From positions 13,330,001-13,394,000 of the forward strand of contig OZ024760.1 of assembly GCA_964016885.1 (NCBI GenBank): a stretch of DNA of 64,000 nucleotides, given 5' to 3'. Each line of letters starts with the position of its first letter. Within the stretch, counting starts at the first letter, position 1. This document shows positions 37,543 to 53,799 of this stretch, piece by piece. A model generated the notes under the pieces. That model did not search any database. It saw nothing but the letters and a program-made list of their open reading frames with translations, and was not told where the DNA came from. This DNA is from Eledone cirrhosa. Taxonomy: Eukaryota. The position numbers were made by a program, and so were the translations under genes.

Positions 37543-37587
37543 GAATGAGAAATTAGAAAGATTGAAGGGACAGGCAGGGTGGAATTG

Positions 37588-37654
<67 letters not shown>

Positions 37655-38114
37655 TATACTTCCGTACGAGCGAGACACGGTCTCCCAACCATTCCCGCAT
37701 CAAATAGAACAAAACCGTCTAACCCATGCTAGTGTGGAAGATGGACGTTAAACGATGATGATGATGATGATATATATATAATTTTTTTTCTACCTCTTAT
37801 GAAAACCCTTAATAAAAAGAGATAAGTGCAAGCCCACTTACTCACGCATGCACTGAGACAGGATATTGCGGGACAGGGGACAGTCAACTGACTGACCTAT
37901 TGGGTCACATAAGCCCTTTACATCCTTCACTATAAGTTATAACAGATGTGTGTAATTTAGGGGTCAGGGGGAGGGCGGGGAGGGGTAGGGAGCTTGGCCT
38001 GTAACAGCAAACTGACTCTTCTCTCTAATTATATTTTTAAAACTGTTGCCAAACTTAACATGATGAAACCTGACCGAGTGGTGCCTTAAGGAAAATCCCA
38101 TGTTGTAACAAAAC

Positions 38115-38145
<31 letters not shown>

Positions 38146-38259
38146 CATCTCTCTCTCACTCTCTTTTTATATATATAGAGAGAGATACAAACATATATGT
38201 GTAAGTGCATGTATATATATATATATACACCACTGTACATTACTATATATACTATATAT

Positions 38260-38705
38260 ATCATCACCACCACCACCACCACCACCATCATTACCATCAC
38301 CACCACCACTATCATCACCATCACCACCACCACTATCATCATCACCACCACCACCACTATCATCATTACCATCACCACACCACCATCATCATCATCATCA
38401 CCATCACTATCATCATCACTACCACTATCACCATCACCACACCACCACTATCATCACCACACCACCACTATCATTACCATCACCACCACCACCATCATCA
38501 TCACCATCACCATCACCACCACCACCATCACCACACCACCACTATCATCATCACCATCACCACCACTACCATCACCACCACCACTATCATCATTACCACC
38601 ACCACCACTATCACCATCACCACACCACCACTACCATCACCACCACCACTATCATCATTACCACCACCACCACTATCATCATTACCATCACCAGCACCAT
38701 CACAA
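38260..38705. repeat. (CAC/CAT)n trinucleotide tract
   Basis: Seen directly; source of the poly-His and poly-Thr ORFs. Confidence 0.95.
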
Positions 38706-41099
38706 CCAACAGCTGGAGGGTTTCTGTGACTGGATACCCTTCCTAATGTTAACAGCTCCACATGTACAGGGGTGGGGGGAGCATTTTATAATGACATGAC
38801 ACAACTACCTAATAGATATACACACACATTTATATATGTATGTATACACACGCCTACACATATAGTCATGTATATATATATATCATTGTCATCATCACTA
38901 ATGTCTGTTTCCCATGCTTGCATCTATATATATATATCATCATCATCATCACTGTTTAATATCTATTTTCCATGTTTGCATGTGTGTGTGTACAGATATA
39001 CACACATTTATATATAAATATATATACACACACACACATTCAAATCTTCTCATAAACACACACTGTTTATTAAATAAACACCAAGTCAGATGCCCCGCCT
39101 ATTGCAATGTGCAATAATAAACGACATGTGCAGGATTATAACTGCATTTGTAGAAGGGCACAGATTTAGCATGGTGTGCTGGGGATGGGGTTAACTCTTT
39201 AACCCTTTACCATTTACATTACTCTACATTTACTATTATATTTTCACAGTAAAGGCTTTACTTCACATAATATCGAATCTATAAAATGTTTATATTATTT
39301 ATTTTGAGAACAATACCTTAACATCAGTATGAGCAGCTAGTTACGGCCAGTTTAAACAGAAAGGGGTGAAACACTACCACACAGGAATATGGTGTACCTA
39401 TTCTAAAAACTCCACAATACAGTCACCTTAACCCTGTAGCATTTACATTACTCTACATATTATATTTTCACAGTAAAGCCTTTATCTCACATAATATCGA
39501 ATCTACAAGATTTTGATATTATTTATTTTGAGAAGAAAACCTTAACATCAGTCTGAGTGGCTGGTTTTAAGAGAAAGAGGTGAGAGAATTCTGGCCAGAG
39601 TAATGTAAAAGGGTTAGTGGGTTTTGTTTTTCATTCCACAGGGTATCCAAAAATTTACCTCCTCCCCAAGCAGATTTGGTGGGGTTGCTGGTGACAAGAC
39701 TATGCAACAGGTTGTACTGGGTTACATATTACTAGAAGTTCTTGAGAACAACTTGACACAGTCTTTTATAACCAATATCTCGTTAATATTTACATAGATG
39801 TTATAGTAAACCGAGAATTATTATTAATATTTATGTTACTGTATAGCAAATTTGAATAATGGTCTTCAGATGTTAGATGGAGGCCAGGAGAGTGGAAGAG
39901 AGTGGAGGAGGACAAGGGGGATTTAATAGGTCAATGTTTTAATGAAGTATATTGAAAGGCAGGAAGCTAGCAGACAGACACATTACAAAGGAGGGTGGGG
40001 AGGGGGTGAGGCTGGGGCTTGATATCAAAATTCAACAAGAAATGAAGCAAGAAAAAGAAACTAGTTAATTTAACTCTTAACATCCTAGAATGATTTAGCA
40101 GAAAATATCTAAAAAATGAGTTTGTTAATTCAAATGTTTATATTATCTTAAATGGTAGACAAATTGTTGTGATGTGAAAATTTGTAGTATTAGAGAAATG
40201 ACTTTAATTGTTAATGTGATACAGTCATAGTGTTGTTTTGTACTTTTTAAGAATATCTCACTATGTGGTTTCATGCGGTACAGGACGTTATGTATATAAG
40301 AACCAGTAACCCTTGATGGAGTTGTAGGAGCACCGCAGTGATATATGGTATGTGTTCGGAATTTTAAAACCCATCCCCCTCCAGGACAAAATGTTAAGAG
40401 TCACTAAAAAAGATTAAATGCCTGAGTATTTGTTCTGATTCTCAGCACTCTGATTTCAAATCCACCTAGGTCTACTCATCCTTTCAGGGTTGATAAATAA
40501 AGTACAATACCAGAGGCACAACTCCATTTAAGGGGTCCATTGTTTGTTTGGTCATTTATGTATATGTCACTTTCCTGACATTTGTACATTATTCTATGTA
40601 CTATACATGCACCTTTGATGAGTTGTAGTGCACCTGACCACTGTACACAATAATTTTCATTATTATTATTATGTCATATGGTTGTGTAAGGAAAAGGAGA
40701 AAGAAGACATGATGATGATGATAACAATAAGAGGAGAAAGAAGACATGATGATGACTTTGATGATAACAATACGAGGAGTATAAAAGCAGTGTTATAAAT
40801 ATACCAGCAGCTCTCTCTATACTGTATTGTTATCATGTGTTGTAGTTATGTTTTTAAAAGATATTCCTGTCTTTATATTCAACCCAGACTGCAAACATCT
40901 CGTCTTGTATCATATGTAAACAACCATTCACAGCATCTCTTTCTTCTCTCTCTCTCATATATATATACACATGTGAGGTGTGTATATATATATCTATATA
41001 TCTATATACATACATATATATAGATATATTTTATTTTTAGGTGCTTGAGTTCCTTAATATATGACTGATATACTTAGAAATTTTAAGTAATCTATGAAT

Positions 41100-41564
41100 T
41101 GTGTGTGTATACATATATACATATATGTACATACAAATATATATATACACACACACATATATACTTATACACACACACATATATACTTATATATACACAC
41201 AGATATATATATATATACATACACACATGTATATATACACACACATATATACACATAAACACATATATATATATACACACACACACATATATATATATAT
41301 ACATACATACACTCACATATATATACACACACACATATATATATATATACACACACACACACATATATATATATACACACATATATACACACACACACAC
41401 ATATATATACACACATATATATATACACACACACATATATATACACACACACATATATATATACACACATATATATATACACACACACACACACACATAT
41501 ATATACACACATACACATATATATACACACACACATATATATACACACACACACACATATATAT

Positions 41565-41601
<37 letters not shown>
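41100..41601. repeat. (TA)n(CA)n compound microsatellite
   Basis: Seen directly. Confidence 0.95.
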
Positions 41602-41855
41602 CTCTCTGTGTCACACATACATCAGTCTATCCCTATCTCTCTCTCTCCCTCCCATATGACAGTTTGTTGACGGTGCAAATTTCATAAACTCAGCCTTATT
41701 TTCTCTGCCTTTTAAAAAAAAATATAAGCATCACCCTCATTAAATTACTTCACAAACTTTTAAAAATGTTTTATTTATTTATTTAAACTTATATTTCTAT
41801 TTTTTTATTTTTTAAGAAAAAAATCCACCCCATTTCCTCCATATTTTCGGTTATA

Positions 41856-42178
41856 TCATCATCATTTTACGTCCGCTTTTCCCTGCTTGCAAGGGTGGGA
41901 CGGGAACTGATTCTGGCTTGATTTCTACAGCTGGATGCCCTTCCTAATACCAACCTCATTTACAGTGGATGCTTTTTTGCCGTGGCACCTCCATGACCAC
42001 TTTACAGTGGAATGATAGGGACTGAGGTCCCTATCATCTCATTTCTACAGCTGAGTAAACTGGAGCAATGTGAAATAAAGTGTCTTGCTCAAGGAAACAA
42101 CATCACCTGGTCTGAGAATTGAACTCACAACCTTTCGATTGCAAGGCCAATGCTCTAATCACTAAGCCATGTGCCTCC
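41856..42178 (-). mobile_element. SINE family B, full-length copy
   Basis: Same head, body and tail as 34596-34933. Confidence 0.87.
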
Positions 42179-42190
42179 ATATATATATAT

Positions 42191-43809
42191 ATCATCATCG
42201 TTTAACGTCCATCTTCCACGCTTGCATGGGTGTGGATGGGAGTTTTCCCCACTTGAGGCAAGATTTGTTGTCCTGCTCGTATAGGACTGTCTGGCGGGTT
42301 TTCTACGGCTGGACGCCCTTCCTAACACCAACCACGTTTACTGTGTGGACTGGGAGGTTTTTACCGTGTTACCTACACGGCCACATTACAGCGTGGACTG
42401 TGTGTTTTTTTGTCGTGACACCTACACGACCTCATTTGTTTCGGACTGGATGTTGTGGTACCAACATAACTTTACATTGAAAGGGGTGGTGTGGATGGGA
42501 TGGGGGTAGTGGAACGGGGGCGTATTTTTGTTAGAAGTGCCTACAGACTGTAGTAGGTTTCACTTTGTACTTAGGTAAGGCGGGTCTTCTGTATTACTGT
42601 GTAGCGCCAACTATCACGGTCCAGTGACATTGTCTTGGAGAGGTGTAAGTGTGTGAGGTCGGAATTTATCAAGTCGTCCCAGGTTTTTCTGGGTCTGCCT
42701 ACTCTGTGGCTACCGTCTATTTTTATTGCCCTGCACTTTTTTTATACAGCTGTCGTCTTTCATGCGCATCACGTGACCGTACCAACGTAGTCTTCTCTCG
42801 AGTAAACAACATCTGATCCCTCTTATTTCTAATTTTTCCCTTAGTTCGTTTATGCTTTGACGTTCACGTATATTACTATTACACATCCAGCAGAGCATGC
42901 AAGCTTCGTTCCTCTCCAGTCTGCGTATATCCTCTGCACACAATGCCCAGGTCTCACTGCCATGTAACATTGCTGTTCGTATGCAGGCATCATACAGCCT
43001 GCTTTTCATTTTTAGAGAGAACCCTTTAGCGGCTAATAGTGGTATAAGCTCTCTGAACTTTTTCCATCCGGTTCTGACTCTAGCTACTGTACTTTCAGAG
43101 CACCCTCCACCACTGCTGATTTTGTCACCCAAATAACGGAAGGTGTCCACTATTTCTATAGAACCATCTGTGCAATGGAATGAGCTAGTATTCTGTGGGC
43201 ACTTGCTGCTACTTATTGCACCAGAGCACCGGCCACATATAAAATCTATGTTCTTAGTTAGCTTACCTGTGATCCCACTACATCTTTTATGCACCCATAC
43301 TTTGCATTTGGGACATAAAATGGAGTTTCTACCTACTCCTTTCCTACACACTGAGCATGGCCATTTCCCGGATGGAACCGGTGCCCTATTTTCTTTCCTA
43401 CGAACTAGAACTTTAGTCTTAGACAGGTTAATTTTAAGGCCTTTTGATTCTAGGCCATGCTTCCATGTTTGGAATTTCTTCTCTAGTTCAGTCATTGATT
43501 CAGCTATGAGCGTTAGATCATCTGCGTATAGGAGTTCCCATGGGCAGCCGGTCTTGAACTTCACTGTTATAGCCTGAAGGGCAATAATAAATAGTCGTGG
43601 GCTAAGAACAGAGCCCTGATGAACACCAACTTTTACGCTAAACTCTTCACTATATTCGTTGTTAATTCTAACCTTGCTGACTGTTTCTTTATACATGGCT
43701 TGTATAGCTCTCACAAGCCATTCATCAACACCTAGTTTTCTAAGAGCCCACCAGATAATGGAACGGGGAACTCTGTCAAAGGCTTTCTCCAAGTCGACAA
43801 AAGCTAAGT
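42191..43809 (-). mobile_element. 5'-truncated RTE-clade LINE (RT C-terminal half plus 3' UTR)
   Basis: ORF 43792-42710: (YLAFVDL)EKAFDRVP, GVHQGSVLSP, LLYADDL, FRYLG, RLRWYGHVMR. A frameshift falls at an A-run near 42740. A ~0.4-kb 3' UTR ends in a (GAT)n tail at 42191. Confidence 0.93.
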
Positions 43810-44850
43810 ATATATATATATATATTTTTTTTTAATATCAAATTTGGGAGGAAGATAGCAGTAGGGTTGAAACAGGATGTCACTTGTGTATATACTATTT
43901 ACTTCATTCATAAGCTGCGACACTGCTAATATTATATCCTGATGAGATCGAACAGGGTGAAACATCTCCATAAATTTCCCCTTGCCTTGCAAATGATAAT
44001 CACATTATCTTTCCCCTCTGCATGTAAATTAACTTTGAACCTTGCTAACATAGAATATAGATGTTAAACAATGATGATGATGATGATGATGATGAGGGGG
44101 TTGAGGAGGAGATGAAGTAGGAAATTAATATTAATTCAGTGAAATTATCTCCCCTTGTATTTGATAATTGTTAACAATTAATGCAATGTCTTTGTTTTCT
44201 TTCTCTAAGTAAGAGGAAAATTTCAATTAATTAAGAATCTTTCGCTAACCTCCTATGAGGTTGTATCTCATGGGTTTCATAGTAATTGGTAGAGCGTTGG
44301 ACATGTTTTGTGGCATATAGTTACAGCCCTTGACATTCTGAGTTCAAATCTTGCCGAGGTTAGCTTTGCATTTCATCCTTATGGGAACATCAATAAAATA
44401 GAGTACCAGTAACACACTGGGGTCGATTTAATCGACTTTCCCCTTCCCCAAAATTGTTGGCCTTGTGCCTAAATTAGAAACCATTATTATTATTATAGCA
44501 AACATCTCCACTTTGGCTTACCTTCTAACACAATCTACAACTTACCAAACATTTCATGAGACATTTCTATTGAAATTAATCTGGCAATTGTTCGGGTGAA
44601 GGATTAAATACCGCCGAGAATTATTGGTGGTCGTATTAAAAATATCTTTTAATCAACTGAGGGGGTGGGGCAAGCTTGGGGTTTTTATTATTAATTTTTT
44701 TTTTTTTTTTTTTACAATATCACCCACCCATTTCACTTTAAATGGTAAAATATGTGTCTTTTCTATAATTTCCAATGTTTTGAAAGACTGACCTTCAAAA
44801 CCATTGGAAATTATTCTCTATATATATATATATACATATATATATATAAT

Positions 44851-45270
44851 ATATTAACAAATGGAAACTATATTAATAAAACCATATTTATTTCATTATA
44901 CATATTTCAAGGGCCACCAAAGTAAACTATGGTGCGCTTTCATCAGATAAAATATAATATAGGTTAGTTTTATAAATAAATATTGACATACCCTTAAAAA
45001 ATGCAACCAGGAGATTCCAACCAGAATGGTTGCATTTTTTAAGGGTATGTCAATATTTATTTATAAAACTAACCTATATATTTTATCTGATGAAAGTGCA
45101 CCATAGTTTACCTTGGTGGCCCTTGAAATATGTATAATGAAATAAATATGGTTTTATAAATATAGTTTCCATTTGTTAATATATTGTATATTTACTCCAA
45201 TAATTTGTTGAGTGCTTTATATCAGTTATAAAAATATTTTGCTTGTTGTATCCCAACAAATTAAATATAA
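44851..45270. mobile_element. Head-to-head inverted pair of family A Penelope-like elements, each with a hammerhead core
   Basis: Arms 44851-45009 and 45027-45182. Cores: minus 44946-44940 with GAAA 44908-44905; plus 45087-45093 with GAAA 45125-45128. Confidence 0.8.
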
Positions 45271-45475
45271 CCTCTACATATACATATATATATGTATATA
45301 TACATATATGTGGAAAAAAGATGAAATCGAAAATGCAACTGGAGTCTTTTTTTTATAAAAATTTATATTTATTTGGTTCCTTTCGATTTCATCTTTTTTC
45401 CTTATACTTTCACTCGTGTAGGACACCTCGTTTTTTTTTTCATTTTGTAAAAAAACCTCACTTTCTAATACATAT

Positions 45476-47625
<2,150 letters not shown>

Positions 47626-48819
47626 TATATTTATATAATAAATATGATGACTTTTAAAAAAAATGAAAGGACAATGTTTGAATAATTTGTTGTCTTAAAA
47701 TACTTGTTGATGAAATAACTTTTTCTATTTTTGACACAAGGCCACCAATTACCCAGTGCATTACTGGTACTTTATTTTATCGACCCCATAAGGTTGAAAG
47801 GCAAAGTTAACCTCAACGTGATTTGAACTCAGACCGTAAAGGGAGGAAATAATTGTTTCTACTATTGGCACAAGGCCAGAAATTACCCAGTACATTACTG
47901 GTACTTTATTTTATCGACCCCGTAAGGATGAAAGGCAAAGTTAGTTGTTGAATATATTGACGTGGCGGTAACTAATGTAAAGTTAAAGGTTTCTTTAGTC
48001 AGCAGACGATAATTCTTGACATATCTCTTCCTGCCTCCCACACCCTCTCTCTCTTTCCCTCACCTGCTCTCATCCCTCACTGCCTCTCTCTTTCTCTGAT
48101 CTCTCACTCACTCTCTCCCTTTTCTTCCCCCCTCTCGTGTCTGTCTCTCCTTCACTTTCTCCCTCCTTCTCTCATTTTCTCCCTCATCTTTTAACCTCCT
48201 GTCGTCTGTCTCCCCCCTCCTCAACATAGATAAATATTTATTTAATCCTCACTAACTAACTTGTAAGGTGGGAAGTAATTACTTAACACTTTCTTGTTGA
48301 TACATCAAACGGGTGATCAGTTGGGGGAGAGAGAGAGATAAAGAGTTACACATATATATATATAGAGAGAGAGAGAAAGAGAGAGGGGGAGAGATAGATG
48401 GAAAGAGAGAAAGAGATAAAGAGATATATATATATAGAGTGAGTGAGTGAGTGAGTGAAAGAGAGAGAGAAATGGTTATATAAGAACTGTCTTCCTTCTG
48501 TGCCTTTCTTCAAAAGGGTTGTGTGGGATAACCTGAACTTAACTGGGGAGTGGAAGCCCGGGAAACTTATCTTTATCTCTTGTCCTCCCCAAACAAGTAA
48601 TGCCATGAAGATATCACAGAAATATGTCCAGCTGATTGATTTTACTAGAATTCTTTTTATCAGTTTCTTAATTATTGTTTTGTTAAATTTCTAAATTGAA
48701 CTGATTGTTTAATGATAAAAGTTGATCGATAAATGGACAGGAAATTAGGTCTAATTATATAATTAGTTTGCTTGAGAGACGAATGACATCTTGCATTGCT
48801 AATGGCTTTCTCTTATTAT

Positions 48820-49450
48820 TCTTTGCCCACTTATTCCTGAGAGGGTCGTGGGGCCAGTGTCCTTAAACACTGCTTCCAGATGCTGACCATTCATGTGACA
48901 TTCTTCCACTCAGCATCTAGTGGAATCACGTTTATATCAAATTTATTTCCAAGAATCTGGCTCGTTAGTGACAACAATAATAATAACAATAAAGTGTAAT
49001 GCCCCCTTTGGTCAAGAATGACCATAGGTGTGACACCTTCCAAGACACAAACCTGAGGTTATTTAAAACCAGCAGTTACCCATGCATGCCAGTCTCCTCT
49101 CTCCATGCCACTGATGTTGTCCAAGGGAAAGGCTATGGCCAATATTGTGGGGACCCTGACCAGACAGTACTGCATGTTGCTCGAGATTAACCCTCCTCAG
49201 ACATTTTCCCAGTGGCCAGGAGGCAATCCATGATGCTGTAAATGACACCTTGGTCTGGCTCACCAGTTTGACCTGCCTCTCATACAACATGCAGAAGACA
49301 CATGAAAGTATGGAAATAAATGCTAAATGGTGATGATGCCACTTTTTCCTTCTCCAAGATGCACATTTCTTACACTCATATCTATAGTTCATCTTTTCTG
49401 CTCTCCAAATTACACTTGATCAGTTAAACTTCACTTTAAAATAGTGTCTA
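48820..49450 (-). mobile_element. Degenerate RTE-like LINE 3' fragments
   Basis: Shares its terminus (TTCTTTGCCCACTTATTCCTG) with 7345; the frames are broken. Confidence 0.5.
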
Positions 49451-51328
49451 CACATACAGATTCCACACTCCTCCCTGTTCATCTATTTCAACTGTATATC
49501 AGCAACAAAGATTTCCAGTCACTCTAAGCTCTATGTCACCTCTCACACAGTCACAGACATGTGTAGCAGAGCCTGCAATAAGTGCCGATGGCAATGTCAT
49601 AAAATAAAACTATGCGAGTGACATAACACGTTATGTATGAGTTGTGTATCAGATAACATTTTATTATTGTAACCTAGAGGCTGATACGTCACACACATAC
49701 GATAGATAGAGACAGTGATAGATAGATATTAATAGAATTTTATGTAGATTAACGAATTTAAAAAAAATGGTTTATTCGGAAGGTAATCACATCAGCTTAA
49801 TGAGAACACTCATCTGCATAAATCAGTTTATAATAATAATAATAATAATAAATTTTTCTGATTTAGGCACAAAGCAAGAAATTTGGAGGAAGGGGAAAGT
49901 CAATTAAATCGACCCCAGTACATTACCGATACCCTATTTATAGACCCCGTAAGGATGAAAGGCAAAGCTAACCTTGGTGGGATTTGAACTCAGAATGTAA
50001 AGGACCATAACTAAATAATTGTTTCTACTTTTGGCACAAGGCCAGCAATTACCCAGTACATTACTGGTACTTCATTTTATCGACCCCGTAAGGATGAAAG
50101 GCAAAGTTAACCTCGGCGGGATTTGAACTCGGACCATAAAGGAACATAACTATGCTGGAAAGCATGGCGTCCGACTCTCTACCGAAACTGCCAATCTATG
50201 CAAAGCATTTTGTCTGACGCTCTACCGATTCTGCCAAATAACAATAATAATTCCTTATCACAGAAATTCAGACAAAACTCGAGACAATAAATACATTGTG
50301 TTTCCAGAAACAATTGTCTTGTAAATAAGGAAGCTTTATTTCAGTATTTTTGGCCTCCAACTCATTTCTATATTCAGTTACTCCATATAATACAACCATT
50401 TCTGATGTCTCCTCACCTCTCTTCCTACTTTTACTTGCTTTGACATTTAACTGTGGCCATACTGTTGTTTTGGCAGGTGTTTTTTTTTTCTCTTAGGAAA
50501 TATAAACACACACATATATACATTTAGCTTCCAATAATAAGAATAATATATATGTGTGTGTGTGTATGTATATTCATGGAGAAAGAGATGATATTCATTC
50601 CAATTTCTGTAACGTTTAAAAAACATTCGATCAACTCTTCTTATTGGAGTTACCTCCCTTGCTTGTATGGATTTTTTTTTTTGGGGGGGGGGTTCTTGTG
50701 TGGGGGACCTTCTGCTGTCGAGAATTTCTTCTCTACAGACCTGCTGTCCAGCTCTCCTCAGACTTTCTTACCATTATATGTGAGACGACCTACACGACTA
50801 TTTTCATCAAGTGCTGGATTTAGGACAAAAGAGGCCCTGCGCTAGTTAAGTTATGAGACCCCTTACTTGGGCCCTGAAGAAGGTAAACAATTTTGGGAGC
50901 AGGAAGATGGATCCCCTGCCCCGCCTCTTGCCAATGGGGGCTATGATTAAGCACACTGTATATAATTATGAAATTTTTAATATTGGAATATAAGTTTCAA
51001 CAATTCTCATAGATTGTTGCTGTTTAACCCTAGGTCAAGCCTCACTGAGCAGACCTATGATCAAAGCTTTCTGTTGTTTATTCAAACAGTAATGTAGAGA
51101 CATAGTAATTACTGGTACCACAGTATTTTATTTAAACAATAACCAAACAATGTACGTTAATACATTCTCCGTCTCTTTCTTTGCTGGCCTTGTGCCAAAA
51201 GTAGAAACAATTATATATATACACATATACATTATAAATACACAAACACATACATTATATATACACAAATACAATCATATACATTATATATACACACATA
51301 CATATGCATTATATATACATATATTATA

Positions 51329-51364
<36 letters not shown>

Positions 51365-51824
51365 CACACACATATATATATATACGTACATACATTATAT
51401 ATATATATATATACATAAAACAAAAATATCGCGGCTTTATTAAAGTAAATTGTATCTAGGAATACATTATGAAAAGTGTCCTCCCATTTTTCAAGATGGA
51501 AGGTATGAATTAAGGGAGATATTTCTGCTATTTCTAGAGGGTCAAGTGACCTGATAGAGGCCCACTTAAGCATTCATCTCTATATCTACGTGGAATGGTG
51601 ATGGTAGTCTTAGTTTTGTCTTTAAATACAATAAATACAAGCAACAACTAGTTTCCTAAAGAATGCGATCAATATACACGCCCGTGTGTGTATATATATA
51701 TAAATTATACACACGTGTGAAATATATATATATATATATACATGTGCATGTATGTTTGAATAAAACTAACCTACCGGTTGACAACCGACCCGTGCTTATA
51801 CAGACAAACGCATATATTCACGCA

Positions 51825-51855
<31 letters not shown>

Positions 51856-52341
51856 TATACATTAAATTTTGCTCTGGTACTTACATAGAGCATTCTTCAC
51901 TCCTATGAATTTTTCAATTTTCAACGGAAACTTCAATACATATATATATATTATATATATATTACATATATACACTCAGACAGTTTTATAGTATCTAATG
52001 TCATCTTTTGAAAGGATGGTAATGTGACTTGAGGGAAATGTGGTTACTATTTCTAGCAGGATTACGTAGAGATGTGTAGGATTGGTTTTATAATGTATGA
52101 TGTATATTATATATATATATCTATACCACAAATCATTACAAACTGGTAAACATGACTACCAGATATAAATATATAATATACACACCTTATATTTATATAT
52201 AACATATTCTTAATAAAAAGGGAAAGGGCATTGTTGAAGGATAATGTAGTTGTGGATAAGGAAACGTCCGATCGAGGGGTAGAATGTGATTAAATCATAG
52301 TTGATCTCTCCTAGAACTCAACCTACGGCTAAACAACACTA

Positions 52342-52378
<37 letters not shown>

Positions 52379-52476
52379 GTGTGTAGTGTACATTTCGTAT
52401 AAATATACAAGGATTAGAGCACTCAGTCCGTAGGGCGAGTTAAGTATAATTAGTTACAACAGTGACATTTATATAT

Positions 52477-52556
<80 letters not shown>

Positions 52557-52621
52557 GTATGTATGTGGAGTGCTAAGAATGAGAGATGGAGAGAAAGTAC
52601 TTACTTTCAGCTAATTAACAA

Positions 52622-52821
52622 NNNNNNNNNNNNNNNNNNNNNNNNNNNNNNNNNNNNNNNNNNNNNNNNNNNNNNNNNNNNNNNNNNNNNNNNNNNNNNN
52701 NNNNNNNNNNNNNNNNNNNNNNNNNNNNNNNNNNNNNNNNNNNNNNNNNNNNNNNNNNNNNNNNNNNNNNNNNNNNNNNNNNNNNNNNNNNNNNNNNNNN
52801 NNNNNNNNNNNNNNNNNNNNN
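52622..52821. other. Assembly gap (200 N)
   Basis: Run of N. Confidence 0.99.
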
Positions 52822-52857
52822 CAAATCAACTTTTTCAAAATACAAGTCGATGTTGAA

Positions 52858-53002
52858 CGGTATGTCAAATCTATTTATCTATAAAACTGTCTATATTGTA
52901 TTTTGTCTGAAGAAGGCATAACATATTGTTAATATGATATCCCTGAAATATATATAATGAAATAAATATGGTTTTATAAATATAGTTTCCATTTATTTAA
53001 TA
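52858..53002 (+). mobile_element. Diverged family A Penelope-like element with a hammerhead core (CTGAAGA variant)
   Basis: CTGAAGA at 52907-52913, stem II with CATATT/AATATG pairing, GAAA at 52945-52948, then TATA-TA. The flanks match family A. Confidence 0.65.
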
Positions 53003-53123
53003 TTATAAATATATATATAATATTAAATATATATAAATTATATATATAATATTTATATATATATATATAAATAATATATATAAATATATATATATATATA
53101 TAAATATATATAAATATATATAA

Positions 53124-53154
<31 letters not shown>

Positions 53155-53221
53155 AATATATATAAATATATATAAATATATATATAAATATATATATATA
53201 TATAAATATATATATATATAA

Positions 53222-53252
<31 letters not shown>

Positions 53253-53799
53253 AATATATATAAATATATATAAATATATATATATATATATAAATATATA
53301 TAAATATATATATATATATATAAATATATATAAATATATATATATAGACAACCCATGCTAGCGTGGAAAAATGGACGTTAAACGGTGATGTTGATGATGA
53401 TGATATGCCGTGTTTGTTTTTGTTGATTTTGCTGTCGCCCCAGTCAAAAGAAACATGAATCAATCGCTAAAAGCTTCTGGGATCCTCTTCCGAAGATGAT
53501 AAAAAAGGGCCCAAGTAGGACCCCTTTTTCATAAGATTAACGCGTTCATGTACAAATGTGTGTATGTATGTATGTTTATGTATGTATGTGTGTATGTATG
53601 TATGTGTGTGTATGTATGTTTGTTTATGTATGTATGTAATTGTATGCATGTATGTGTGTATGTATATATACACGGAATGTCTTCGGTGCGTAGACCGACC
53701 ACAAAGCAGGGTAGTTCTGTGTGTGTGTGTGGTGTGTGTGTGTGTGTGTGTGTGTAATAACATCAACTTGATTCTTCAACATATTGCAATTGTGATATG

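Noticed and set aside
38197-38799. Poly-His and poly-Thr ORFs
   Set aside because: (CAC/CAT)n microsatellite.
40610-40640. TGATGA...CTGA as a C/D snoRNA
   Set aside because: The boxes are only ~12 nt apart; it looks like a retroelement 3' end with an (ATT)n tail.
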